DNA of 64,000 bases from assembly GCA_015064845.1 (NCBI GenBank), contig SVRL01000007.1, positions 1,790-65,789 of the forward strand, given 5' to 3'. The stretch is from Oscillospiraceae bacterium. Its GTDB lineage: Bacteria; Bacillota; Clostridia; Oscillospirales; CAG-272. Made by a program: the position numbers and the translations under genes. The notes below the pieces were generated by a model. That model was not told the origin of the DNA. It searched no databases and saw only the letters and a list, made by a program, of their open reading frames with translations. Shown piece after piece: positions 25,503 through 36,300 of the stretch. Position 1 is the stretch's first letter, and every line of letters starts with the position of its first letter.

Positions 25503-27557
25503 ATGAAACCGGAACTTCTTTCTCCGGCAGGTTCTCCTGCTGCGCTGGAAGCGGCTGTTTGCGCGGGCGCAGATGCCGTTTATTTCGGCGCGCAGAGCTT
25601 CAATGCCAGAAAAAATGCGAGCAATTTTACCGATGAGGAATTGCAAAAAGCGGTGGCGCTTTGCCGTCTTTACGGCGTAAAAACCAATATCGTTCTTAAT
25701 ACGCAGCTTTACGGAGGAGAGCTTTCTCCCGCAATCACGCTTGCTGAAAAACTGCTCTCTTTCGGCGCAGATGCGTTTATCGTGGCGGATATCGGACTTG
25801 CAAAGGAGCTGATCCGTCTTTTCCCCGGGATTTCTCTGCATGCAAGCACCCAATGCTCGGGGCAGAACGTTCTTTCTGCCGAAGCGCTTGCTTCCATCGG
25901 ATTTCAGAGGATGGTGGCACCGAGGGAGCTTCCTTTGTGCGATATTCAAACGCTTTGCAAAAACTCTCCCATCGAAACGGAAATTTTTATTCACGGCGCG
26001 CTTTGCGTAAGCCATTCGGGGCAATGCCTGATGAGTTCGATGATCGGAGGAAGAAGCGGTAACAGGGGGGAATGCGCGCAACCGTGCCGTCTGCCGTATC
26101 AGACGAAAGACCCTTATGCGCTTTCGCTCAAGGACCTTTGCCTTGCCGCTTACGTTCCCGCGCTGATGGAGGCGGGAGTGGCATCCTTCAAGATCGAGGG
26201 CAGAATGAAAACCCCCGATTACGTTTTCGGCGTGATTTCCGCTTACCGCAAATTGATTGATGAGCGCCGCGGCGCAACGCCCGAGGAGATCAAAGAGCTC
26301 GCCGCGCTCTTTTCCCGTTCGGGTTTTACGGACGGTTATTATTGTGAAAATATTTCAAAATCCATGCTCGGCATTCGCACGGATGCCGATAAACGTTCCA
26401 CGGCGGCTGCCGAAACGAAAAAACAAACGAAATTCGAGTTTCCGCGCATGCCTCTTTCTCTTTGTGCGGAATTCAAAGAGGGAAAACCTGCCGTTCTCAA
26501 AGGAACGGTTCAACGAAAAGGTGAAATTTTTTCCGCAGAGGTTTTCGCAGAGGTTTGTGAGCCTGCGCAAAAAACACCGCTTACCGAGCAGAGAATCGCG
26601 GAAAATCTCGGAAAACTCGGCTCCACTCCTTTTTATGCCGAAAATATCGGTGTGAGCGCCGATGCGGTCGAACTTTCGATTGCCTCCGTGAACGCTTTGC
26701 GCCGTTCACTTTGCGGAGAGCTGAACCGAAAGCTGATGGGTGAGATTCCCGCGTATCCGCATTTTGACGGGAAATTGCCGCGCCGTACGGGTTCTGTGTT
26801 TGCAAAGGAGAAAAGCGCGTATTTCTGTTTTTATGATGCGCTGACTCCGAAGGCGCTTGTGTATTTTGACCGTATTTTTCTCCCTTTGACCGAATACTGC
26901 GCGCATATGCAAGCGCTGAAAGTGCATGAAAACGTCGGTATTGCTTTTCCGCCCGTGGCGTTTGACCATGAATTACCGACCGTGCGTGAAATGGCACAAA
27001 AGGCGTATGCAAACGGCGCGAGGGTGGCGCTGATTCCGGGTTTTTGGCAGTCGGAAATGGCGGATGCAATCGGCTTTGAAAAGCACGGCGATCTGCGCTT
27101 GAATCTCTATAATTCCGAAAGTGCTTCCGTTTATGCCGAAAAGCGTTTTGCTTCCGTGATCGTTTCTCCCGAAGTCGGTGCTTCGGTTGCTTCTGCGCTT
27201 GCTTCGGAAATTCCGAAAGGATATATTGCGTACGGTAGATTGCCTTTGATGACGCTCGAAAAATGTGCGATCCGAGATGCATTTTCTGCGAAAGACGACC
27301 GTGCTTCCTGCCGTTACTGTGAAACGCACAAAATCTCGAAACTGACGGATAGAACGGGCGCTGTTTTCCCGATTGTCAGGGAGTTTCAGCACAGAAACGT
27401 TCTTTATAACAGCGTGCCGACTTATATGGCGGACAAACCTCTTTCGGGCTTGTTCGCGCATGCGATTTTCACGGATGAATCGAAAGCGGTTGTGGACGGA
27501 ATCATCGAACGTATGGAAAAACGCTTGCCTTCCAAAACGAAATTCAGGAGGATTTGA
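25503..27557 (+). CDS. Peptidase U32 family protein (long form; RlhA/TrhP-type RNA hydroxylation family)
   Basis: N-terminus MKPELLSPAGS...AGADAVYFG, FKIEGRMK, and ECAQPCR in the Cys cluster. Confidence 0.88.
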   Translation: MKPELLSPAGSPAALEAAVCAGADAVYFGAQSFNARKNASNFTDEELQKAVALCRLYGVKTNIVLNTQLYGGELSPAITLAEKLLSFGADAFIVADIGLAKELIRLFPGISLHASTQCSGQNVLSAEALASIGFQRMVAPRELPLCDIQTLCKNSPIETEIFIHGALCVSHSGQCLMSSMIGGRSGNRGECAQPCRLPYQTKDPYALSLKDLCLAAYVPALMEAGVASFKIEGRMKTPDYVFGVISAYRKLIDERRGATPEEIKELAALFSRSGFTDGYYCENISKSMLGIRTDADKRSTAAAETKKQTKFEFPRMPLSLCAEFKEGKPAVLKGTVQRKGEIFSAEVFAEVCEPAQKTPLTEQRIAENLGKLGSTPFYAENIGVSADAVELSIASVNALRRSLCGELNRKLMGEIPAYPHFDGKLPRRTGSVFAKEKSAYFCFYDALTPKALVYFDRIFLPLTEYCAHMQALKVHENVGIAFPPVAFDHELPTVREMAQKAYANGARVALIPGFWQSEMADAIGFEKHGDLRLNLYNSESASVYAEKRFASVIVSPEVGASVASALASEIPKGYIAYGRLPLMTLEKCAIRDAFSAKDDRASCRYCETHKISKLTDRTGAVFPIVREFQHRNVLYNSVPTYMADKPLSGLFAHAIFTDESKAVVDGIIERMEKRLPSKTKFRRI

Positions 27558-27580
27558 ATAATATTCAAAAAGAAGATTTT

Positions 27581-28219
27581 ATGAAAAAGAAAAAAATAGA
27601 AATGATTCTGGCGTCCTCCTCTCCGCGCAGGAAAGAAATTCTGGAATCTGTCGGCGCGGATTTCCGCATCGTTACCTCTGAGGCGGACGAAAGCGTGGAA
27701 GATACGCTTCCGCATGACGAAGCGGTTTGCAAAATTGCGAAACGGAAGTGCGAAGCGGTTCTGGAAAAACTGAAAAAAGAAAATGAATTGCACGAAAGAA
27801 CCTTGATTCTTGCTTGTGATACCGTTGTTGTTTATGCGGGGATGCGCATTGGAAAACCCGAATCCGATATGCATGCGTCTTTGACGCTGGGGCTTCTTTC
27901 GGATTCCTGGCACAGTGTTTATTCGGGGCTTGCTGTATATTATAAAGGAAAAACCGTTTGCAGGGCCGCTCGTACGGACGTAAAATTCAGAGAACTTTCC
28001 GAAGCGGAAATTGCGGCGTACGTTGCCTCCGGAGAGCCGAGAGGGAAGGCTGGTTCGTACGCGATTCAAATGAAGGGTGCCGCTTTTACGGAACGCATCG
28101 AAGGGGAATTCAATAACGTGGTCGGACTTCCCTTGGTAACGCTCCTTGCTTTGCTTCGTGAAGAATTCGGAATTGTGCCGACGGAAATTCTGGACTTTAC
28201 AAATTTATATTCAAAATAA
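27581..28219 (+). CDS. maf: Maf-like nucleoside triphosphate pyrophosphatase
   Basis: ILASSSPRRKEIL, KAGSYAIQ and NVVGLP. Start ambiguous (ATG at 27581 or 27602; the ORF-track TTG at 27554 is unlikely). Confidence 0.9.
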   Translation: MKKKKIEMILASSSPRRKEILESVGADFRIVTSEADESVEDTLPHDEAVCKIAKRKCEAVLEKLKKENELHERTLILACDTVVVYAGMRIGKPESDMHASLTLGLLSDSWHSVYSGLAVYYKGKTVCRAARTDVKFRELSEAEIAAYVASGEPRGKAGSYAIQMKGAAFTERIEGEFNNVVGLPLVTLLALLREEFGIVPTEILDFTNLYSK

Positions 28220-28231
28220 AGGAAAAGACTT

Positions 28232-28900
28232 ATGCTTTCAAAAAAAGAAAAAAAGATCCGCGCGAAAAAAGCGGTGGAGATTCTGAAAGAAAAATATCCC
28301 TCTGCGGAATGCGCGCTTCAATACGACGGCGATCCGTGGAGGCTTCTCGTGATGGGGCGGCTTTCTGCGCAATGCACGGATGCGCGTGTCAATATCGTTT
28401 GTGAGGAGCTTTTTCGCCGTTTTCCCGATATGGAAAGTATGGCGAACGCTCCTGTCGGAGAAATCGAAAAGCTCGTATATTCCTGCGGTTTTTATAAAGT
28501 GAAAGCGCAGAATTTGAAAGATTTTTCCGCGATCATCCTGGAACGCTTTGGAGGACGCGTGCCCGATACGATGGAAGACCTTCTTACCTTGCCCGGTGTC
28601 GGCAGAAAGATTGCGAATTTGATTTTGGGCGATATTTATAAAAAACCCGCAATCGTTGCGGATACGCATTGCATCCGTATTTCAAACAGACTTGGTTTGT
28701 GTGAAAATAAGACGCCCGAAAAAGTGGAAATGGCGCTCATTCCTTTGGTTGAACCCCAAGAACAGGCGGATTTTTGCCATCGGCTCGTTTGGTTTGGCAG
28801 GGACGTTTGCGACGCGAAAAAACCGAAGTGCGCGGAATGTCCGCTTCGAGATGATTGCGAAGAGGTGAAGCTGCGCGGGAAGGGGGAAAAGAAATGCTGA
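28232..28900 (+). CDS. nth: Endonuclease III
   Basis: HhH-GPD block (LPGVGRKIANLIL) and a C-terminal 4Fe-4S cluster (C-x6-C-x2-C-x5-C: CDAKKPKCAECPLRDDC). Confidence 0.93.
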   Translation: MLSKKEKKIRAKKAVEILKEKYPSAECALQYDGDPWRLLVMGRLSAQCTDARVNIVCEELFRRFPDMESMANAPVGEIEKLVYSCGFYKVKAQNLKDFSAIILERFGGRVPDTMEDLLTLPGVGRKIANLILGDIYKKPAIVADTHCIRISNRLGLCENKTPEKVEMALIPLVEPQEQADFCHRLVWFGRDVCDAKKPKCAECPLRDDCEEVKLRGKGEKKC

Positions 28901-30153
28901 AACAGCCGCTTGCGGACAGAATCCGTCCGAAAAGCTTTGAAAACATGGTTGGCGATCCCAAGCTTTTCGGAAAGAACGGAATTTTTCCGAGAATGATTGC
29001 GCAAAATCATATTCCGAATATGATTTTATACGGTCCTTCGGGGACGGGAAAAACGACGGCTGCCAATATTCTGGCGTCTTCCTCGGGAAAAACACTTTAT
29101 AAACTCAATGCTACAACGGCAGGGCTTGCGGATGTTAAGCAGGTAATTGCCGAAAGCGGTTCTTTGTTGGGAATGGGAGGTGTTTTACTGTATTTGGACG
29201 AAATTCAGTATTTTAACAAAAAGCAACAGCAATCTCTTCTGGAATACATTGAAAACGGAAAGATTACACTGATTGCCTCCACGACGGAAAATCCGTATTT
29301 CTACGTTTACCCCGCTATTATTTCCCGATGCGCGGTTTTTGAATTCAAATCCGTTGCGAGAGATCAATTGAAACTTGCCGTTTCCGCGGCGGTCTCGCTC
29401 TTGGAGGAAGAATCGGGAAAGAAAATCTCTTTGACGGACGGCGCGCTTTCCATGATTGCTTCTGCGGCGGCGGGCGACGTGCGGCGCGCGCTCGGTCTTT
29501 TGGAAAACCTCTGCTCCGTTTATGAAAAAATTACGGAAGAAACGGTTAAGGGCTTTTTGCCCGAGGTGATGGGAATCGGCGGTTTTGACAAAGACGGCGA
29601 CGGGCATTACGATCTTCTTTCCGCTTTACAGAAATCTATCCGAGGCTCCGATCCCGATGCGGCGCTCTTTTATCTTGCAAAATTGCTTGCGGGGGGTGAT
29701 CTGATCTCCGTTTGCAGAAGATTGCAGGTCATTGCAAGTGAAGATATCGGGCTTGCTTATCCGATAGCGGCGGTCGTTGTGCGTTCCTGCGTGGAAAGCG
29801 CAAGGGAGCTTGGTTTACCCGAAGCGAGAATTCCGCTTGCGAACGCGGCGCTTTTGCTTGCCACTTCGCCGAAATCCAATTCTGCGGAAATGGGTATCAT
29901 TGCGGCAACGGAGGCGGTTGCTTCGGGAAAGGGCGCAGACTTTCCGCGGTGTTTGCAAAACGTTCATTTTGACGGAGAAAATGTAAGAGAAAAGGGACAG
30001 AATTATAAATATCCTCATGATTATCCGAACCATTACGTTTCTCAGCAATATCTGCCCGACGATCTGAAAAACGCACGTTTTTATACATACGGCGAAAATA
30101 AGACCGAGCAGGCGGCGAAAATGTATTGGGATAAAATCAAACATAAACCGTAA
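28894..30153 (+). CDS. rarA: Replication-associated recombination protein A (AAA+ ATPase)
   Basis: [16 protein letters not shown], Walker A (GPSGTGKTT), Walker B ([11 protein letters not shown]) and a C-terminal MgsA_C-like region. The start overlaps the nth stop. Confidence 0.92.
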   Translation: MLKQPLADRIRPKSFENMVGDPKLFGKNGIFPRMIAQNHIPNMILYGPSGTGKTTAANILASSSGKTLYKLNATTAGLADVKQVIAESGSLLGMGGVLLYLDEIQYFNKKQQQSLLEYIENGKITLIASTTENPYFYVYPAIISRCAVFEFKSVARDQLKLAVSAAVSLLEEESGKKISLTDGALSMIASAAAGDVRRALGLLENLCSVYEKITEETVKGFLPEVMGIGGFDKDGDGHYDLLSALQKSIRGSDPDAALFYLAKLLAGGDLISVCRRLQVIASEDIGLAYPIAAVVVRSCVESARELGLPEARIPLANAALLLATSPKSNSAEMGIIAATEAVASGKGADFPRCLQNVHFDGENVREKGQNYKYPHDYPNHYVSQQYLPDDLKNARFYTYGENKTEQAAKMYWDKIKHKP

Positions 30154-30164
30154 GGAGAAATGAA

Positions 30165-31649
30165 ATGAATATTGTTCAAATCGGTGGGGTGGGTCATTAT
30201 GCTTATGCGCTCCCCACGGCGAAAAAATACGGAATGGAGATGACGGGTGTTTGCTGCCCCGATCCGGAGGACCGTCTTGCACGGGTAATGAAACATTTGG
30301 AAACATTCGGCTACGCGCCTCGGGTATATGAAAACGCCGAAGAAATGCTGGACGGGGAAAAGCCGGACATCGCAATCATCAATACCGTGATGTACGAAAA
30401 CGCGCGTTACGCGATGATGGCGTTGAAAAAGGGGATTTCCGTTTTTTGCGAAAAGCCCGTTGCCACAACCTTGGAAACGCTGAACGAATTGGAAACCGTA
30501 TACAGAGAGGCAAAGGTTCAATATAAAGACCTTTGCTTTTGCGGAATGTTCGGGATTGATTATCTTCCGCATTTTGAAACGGCTTACCGATTTGTGAAAA
30601 ACGGCGGTATCGGGGAGGTTTTGTTGGCAAATGCGCAAAAATCCTATCGTATGGGGAATCGCGCTCGTTTTTATTCCGACCGTGAAAAATACGGAGGTAC
30701 GATTCCGTGGGTGGCGATTCACGGAATTGAATGGATCACGCGCATTGGCGGATTGAAGCCTGTTTCGGCGGCGGCGCTCGGCAATACCGCGTTTAATGCC
30801 GGAAACGGCACGATGGAAGCTTCTGCGCTTTGTCAATTTGCTTGTGAGGGCGGCAAAATGGCTTCCGTTTCGGCAGACGTTCTCCGTCCTGCAAATGCGC
30901 CGACGCACGATGACGACCGCTTGCGCCTCGTCGGCTCCAAAGGGATTCTGGAAGTGCGCGCGGGACGCGTTTTTGTTATAGACGAAGACGGAGAAAGGGA
31001 ACTTTCTCTTGTGCAGGCGGAAACGGAACTTTTTGAAGAATTCGTTCTGGAAATTCAGGGCAGGGGAAAATGCCGCGTTTCGGCGGAAGATTCTTTTTTT
31101 GCCACGAGGGTTGCGCTTTCTGCGAGAGAATCTCAGGATACGGGAAACATCGTTCCGATCAAGATGCCGACTCCTGTTGCGCTGAAAAGCGAAAAAAGCT
31201 CCGCCTTCAAAGGCGGAAAGGTTAAAATTTATACGGACGGCGCTTGCAAGGGCAATCCGGGTCCCGGCGGTTGGGGATGCATTTTGGTTTACGGAGATAT
31301 AGAGAAGGAGCTTTCGGGCGGAGAAAAGCAAACAACCAACAATCGTATGGAACTTTCTGCGGCGATTGCCGGGCTGGAGGTGCTGAAAACGCCTTGTGAT
31401 GTGGAACTTTGGTCCGATTCCAAATATCTCATTGACGCCATTACAAAAGGCTGGGTGCGCTCGTGGAAAGCTAAGGGTTGGAAAAAGAGTGACGGAAAGC
31501 CTGCGCTCAATTCCGATCTCTGGGAAAAACTACTCGCTTTGCTGGAGGTTCATACCGTGAAGTTTGTTTGGGTGCGCGGTCATAACGGACATGAATATAA
31601 TGAACGCTGCGACAGACTTGCGGTTTCGGCTGCGGAACGTTGTCGCTGA
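30165..31649 (+). CDS. Fusion protein: Gfo/Idh/MocA-type oxidoreductase (about residues 1-340) plus RNase HI (residues 351-494)
   Basis: Single uninterrupted 494-codon frame. EKP motif ([11 protein letters not shown]) in the N-terminal part. Complete RNase HI DEDD set (YTDGAC, NNRMEL, SDSKY, NERCD) in the C-terminal part. Confidence 0.85.
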   Translation: MNIVQIGGVGHYAYALPTAKKYGMEMTGVCCPDPEDRLARVMKHLETFGYAPRVYENAEEMLDGEKPDIAIINTVMYENARYAMMALKKGISVFCEKPVATTLETLNELETVYREAKVQYKDLCFCGMFGIDYLPHFETAYRFVKNGGIGEVLLANAQKSYRMGNRARFYSDREKYGGTIPWVAIHGIEWITRIGGLKPVSAAALGNTAFNAGNGTMEASALCQFACEGGKMASVSADVLRPANAPTHDDDRLRLVGSKGILEVRAGRVFVIDEDGERELSLVQAETELFEEFVLEIQGRGKCRVSAEDSFFATRVALSARESQDTGNIVPIKMPTPVALKSEKSSAFKGGKVKIYTDGACKGNPGPGGWGCILVYGDIEKELSGGEKQTTNNRMELSAAIAGLEVLKTPCDVELWSDSKYLIDAITKGWVRSWKAKGWKKSDGKPALNSDLWEKLLALLEVHTVKFVWVRGHNGHEYNERCDRLAVSAAERCR

Positions 31650-31677
31650 AATATATAATTAAAGGATAATATAAATT

Positions 31678-32712
31678 ATGGAAGAGAAAAAGATTTTGCT
31701 TGGCATGAGCGGCGGCATCGACAGCACGTACGCCGTTACTGAACTCCGCAAACTGGGTTATGAAGTTTTCGGCGCGTTTTTGAAAATGACGGAAGAGAGC
31801 GAAACGGAATCCGCCGTTCGCGCGGCGGAGGTTCTGGGTGTGCCTTTGACGGTTGTGGATTGCACAGAGCGTTTTCGGGATATCGTCATTGAAAATTTTC
31901 TTTCGGAGTATGCGAAAGCGAGAACCCCGAACCCTTGCATTGTCTGCAATCGGTTTGTAAAAATTGCCGCGCTTTGTGAAACGGCGAAGGCGATGGGTAT
32001 TGAAAAAGTGGCGACGGGTCATTACGCCAAAATCGGTTTTGACGAAGAATCCGGCAGATACTGCGTTTGCAAAGCGGCGGATCCGAGAAAGGATCAGAGT
32101 TATATGCTCTGGCGTTTGACGCAGGAACAGCTTTCCATGCTGGAATTTCCGCTGGGCTCGCTTCTGAAATCCGAAATCAAGGAAAAGGCGCAGGAAATGG
32201 CGCTTCCCAATGCCGATGCGCCTGAAAGCCAGGAAATTTGTTTCATTCCTTCCGACGATTACGTTTCTTATATTGAGGAAAGGAAAGGGAAGTTTCCGGA
32301 GGGTGATTTTAAGGATGAAAACGGTAAAACGCTCGGCAGACATGGAGGGATTATTCGTTATACGGTCGGACAGCGCAAGGGATTGGGCGTTTCTTTGGGG
32401 AAACCTGCTTTTGTCATGGCAATTGATCCCGCGCTCCACACGGTAACGCTTACTTCTGATGAAAGTAAGATTTTTACCGATTCTCTGACGTGTAATGAAT
32501 TGAATTTTATGTTGCTTGCACCGGGGGAGTATGAAACGGTTTTGGGAGAAGGTAAAATTCGCTATGCGGCGAAACCGGAAACGGCGGAGGCTTGTATCCG
32601 AAACGGGACTGCGGAGATTTCTTTTGTCCGTCGGGTGCGCGCGGTTACACCGGGACAATCGGTTGTTTTTTATCGGGAGGGAAAGATTCTTTTTGGTGGA
32701 ATGATTGAATGA
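31678..32712 (+). CDS. mnmA: tRNA 2-thiouridine(34) synthase MnmA
   Basis: PP-loop (GMSGGIDST), catalytic Cys contexts (NPCIVCN and ESQEICF), and RYTVGQRKGLG. Confidence 0.94.
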   Translation: MEEKKILLGMSGGIDSTYAVTELRKLGYEVFGAFLKMTEESETESAVRAAEVLGVPLTVVDCTERFRDIVIENFLSEYAKARTPNPCIVCNRFVKIAALCETAKAMGIEKVATGHYAKIGFDEESGRYCVCKAADPRKDQSYMLWRLTQEQLSMLEFPLGSLLKSEIKEKAQEMALPNADAPESQEICFIPSDDYVSYIEERKGKFPEGDFKDENGKTLGRHGGIIRYTVGQRKGLGVSLGKPAFVMAIDPALHTVTLTSDESKIFTDSLTCNELNFMLLAPGEYETVLGEGKIRYAAKPETAEACIRNGTAEISFVRRVRAVTPGQSVVFYREGKILFGGMIE

Positions 32713-33312
32713 AATACTATGTTTTCTAATGTATATAGGTTTTATTAATATAAAAAAATATTATTATTAGAAAAAAATGTGTTTTTTTCTCAAAAAAACA
32801 ATCGAAGGATATTTTTTGGCAAGATGCCCACAAAGTCAAAAATGTATTTTTGTGTTTGTTGGATATGCACAAATGGGAAAACGCCTTTCTCCGTCTTCTC
32901 TTAGCCGTTCGGAGAAAGGATGTTAAATGTGATTTACCATTTTCGGTTATTGCTGAACAGTTTTGTTAAAACGGACGAAAAATCAAGCAAAATGCTGAGT
33001 TTTTCGTCCTTTTAATGTTTGGGTTAGTAAATGTGAATCACACGAAAAATGTTTCTTTTTCATTCGGCTCGAGCGCTGATTTTATCCTTATATATATACC
33101 GTGCGTGTAAGCTTGGGGAAGCGGTTGTTTTTTAAGAAATTTTTGCAAAATTAAGAATGAATTGTTAAAAAGAGAAAAAAAGTGGCTTGCAAACTTATTG
33201 ATTTTTTGTGAATGAAGTGGTAAGATATTAAAGTAATAAGCGCTATGTGCCGTTCGAAGACGGTACGAGTTTTAGTCTGCACATTGCAAATTCCGTTAAG
33301 GAGGAAAAATCT

Positions 33313-36300
33313 ATGGAAAACTCAAAGCTGAAAAGAGTTGTCGCGCTGGTGCTCAGTGCCATCATGGTTTTCTGTCTTTTTGTGACAGCAAATCCCGCTT
33401 CTCTCGTTGCTGCAAGCGCAGCTGCCGAGAAGGACACTTCGACGACCGACGAGGCCCTTGAAATTCTCGATGACGATAAGTGGCTCGAGTACAAGGCAAA
33501 GAACTCTAAGTATCCGAATTACAAAGGTGAAAACATCGTGATTGATTCGGATGACCTTGCCTCTCCCGAAAAGGTTGAGGTTGTTGAATATGACGGAAAA
33601 CAAAACGTTGTATTCGTTCCTGATACCGGTTCTGTTTCCTGGAAAGTGAACATTACCGAATCCGGTCTCTACGCAATGGACATTCTTTACAACTATCTCG
33701 GTTCCGACGATACAAGAGCGAAGGCGACCGACATTGAAAGAACGCTCCGCATTGACGACGAAGTTCCTTACACCGAACTCCGTAATCTGGTCTTCACAAA
33801 GAAATGGGTAGACCAACTGAACAAATACGTTCTCAAAGACGGCGAAATGGTTAAAGAAAAGAGCAACAAAAACCTTTCTGCTACCATTTACGATGCAAAC
33901 GGCAATGCTGTGAAGACCTTCGCGGATGAAGAACTTCCCATGGCTGTTTACGATGCAAACGGCAATATTGTAACCATTTTCTATGAAAAAGACGGCGCTG
34001 ATAACGAACGCCGCCCGGTTAAGGTTCTTGAACCCGAATGGACGGAATACACGCTGAACGACCCGACGGGTAACTACAGCGGCGAATTCTACATCTATCT
34101 TGAACAAGGCGAACACGTTATCACTTTGGAAGCGCAGAAAGAATATATGTACGTAGCTTCCATTACCTTGCGCGCAAGAGAATCCTTGATGTCTTATGAA
34201 GAATATAAGAATATGTACAAGGATAAACCGAAAGCTACAACTTCTGTCAGATTGGAAGCAGAATACTTTACTTCCACTTCTTCCCGTACCATTTACGGTC
34301 AGAACGACAGATCTTCCGCAATCACTTCTCCTCAGCACCCCAGCTATTCCTGGATCAACGACGTCGGCGGACGTAACGGAAGCTACAACTGGGCAAGTAT
34401 AGGTCAGTGGATCGAATGGACTTTCACGGTTCCCGAAAGCGGTATGTACGTTATCAGTACCAGATTCCTTCAGGACGCTCTCGAAGGTTTGTACGTATCC
34501 CGCCGTATTTACATTGACGGCGAAGTTCCTTTTGAAGAAGCAAACAATCTTCAGTTCTTGTTTGACAAATCCTGGCAGGGCGATACGCTCAACGCGGGCG
34601 GCGAAGACCTGGAGTTCTATTTTGAAAAAGGTGAACACACCTTCAGACTTGAAGTTAACTACGGCGGTCTCGGCGACATGGTTGCCGAACTTCGTGACTG
34701 CGTAACCAGAATCAATGCGATTTACGTTAAGATTCTTACCATTTCCGGTAGCAGCCCCGACCCGTACATGGACTATTTCTACTATCAGAGAATGCCTGAA
34801 GAAATTCAGGAAATGGGTCAGCTCGCTAAGAGACTCACTGCTGTTTCCGAACAGATGAAGGCGATCAGCGGCGGCGAAAGCAGCTCCAGTACCGCGACTG
34901 TTGAAAACGTGGCGCGTGTGCTTGAAAAAATGTCCAAAGACTCCGAACGTCAGATTGCTAAGAACTTTGCTCAGCTCAAATCTTACATCGGTAACCTTGG
35001 TACATGGATCAATAACATCGGTCAGCAGGCTTTGATCGTTGACTATTTTGAAATTAAACCCGCAGGCGGCGAAGACCCCAAGGGCGAAGGCAACTTCTTT
35101 GTAAACGCTTGGTATGAAATCTGTATGTTCTGGTACAGCTTCATCCGTGATAATTCCTCCTATGGTTCTGCCGAAGGTCAGGAAGGCGTTACAACTGTAG
35201 ACGTATGGACAACGGTTTCCCGTGAATATACACAGATCATCCGTACCATCATCGACCAGGATTTCGCTAAAGAATATCCCAACATCGCAATCAACCTCAA
35301 ACTCGTTACAATGGGTACACTCCTTCCCGCAACGCTTTCCGGCGTAGGTCCCGACGTTATGATGGACGTTACCTCTTCCGACTGTATCAACTATGCGGTT
35401 CGTGGCGCGGTTCTTGACCTCAGCAAATATGAAGGCTTCAATGAAATGCGTTACGGCAACCCCGAAACAGGTGTGGAAGCTTACTTCCATGAATCTTCCT
35501 GGACTCCCTTTACCGTAGCTCTCGACTCTTCCGAAGGTGAACAGGCGGTTTTCGGTATTCCGGAAAAACAGAGCTTCAACGTTATGTTCTACCGTAAAGA
35601 CATCTTTGCGGACCTCGGTCTCAAAGTTCCCAATACATGGGATGAATTTAACGCGATCATGCCGATCCTCGTTTCTCAGAACTATGATATCGGTATGTCT
35701 CACGATATCGGTGTTTTCAATACTTTCGTATATCAGCACGGCGGTGAATTGTACACCAACGGCGGTACCACAATCTCCTTTGACGAAGACGTAACGCTCG
35801 ATGCATTTACTGAACTTTGCAAATTCTTCACAACTTACAACTTCCCGTTGAAGTTTGACGCTGCGAACCGTTTCCGTTCCGGCGAAATGCCGATGTTCAT
35901 CGGTGACTATATCACATACTACAACCAGTTTACCGTATTCGCTCCTGAATTGAAGGGCTTGTGGGGCTTCACAACCGTTCCCGGTACCGTTCAGGAAGAC
36001 GGAACAGTTAACAAATCTATCGTTACGACCATGAACTCCATCGTTATCATGATGGATGCTGCTGACAGAGGCAAAGATCAGCTCGGCTTCAACTTCATCA
36101 AGTGGTGGATGAGTGGCGACATTCAGGGTCAGTATGCAAATGAACTCGTTGCACTTCTCGGTCCTGCCGGTAAGTACGCAACAGCTAACATCCATGCATT
36201 CGGCGATATGTCTTGGACAGCAAACGAACTCGCGGAAATCGAAAATCAGTTCGCTAACCTCAAGGGTGTTCCGGAAATGCCGGGTAGTTACATTATTGCC

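Noticed and set aside
33888-33967. Exact 20-nt direct repeat (TTTACGATGCAAACGGCAAT) spaced 60 nt apart.
   Set aside because: It lies inside the binding-protein CDS, is in frame, and encodes a duplicated YDANGN(A/I)V loop. It is a coding micro-duplication, not a regulatory or CRISPR-like repeat.
33322-36195. 957-aa ORF on the minus strand.
   Set aside because: It is entirely antisense to the well-supported binding-protein gene. It has no RBS, and its composition (runs of V/F/R/C/N) is typical of a shadow frame. The same reasoning rejects 38344-40332 (-), 40526-41341 (-) and 41861-43597 (-).
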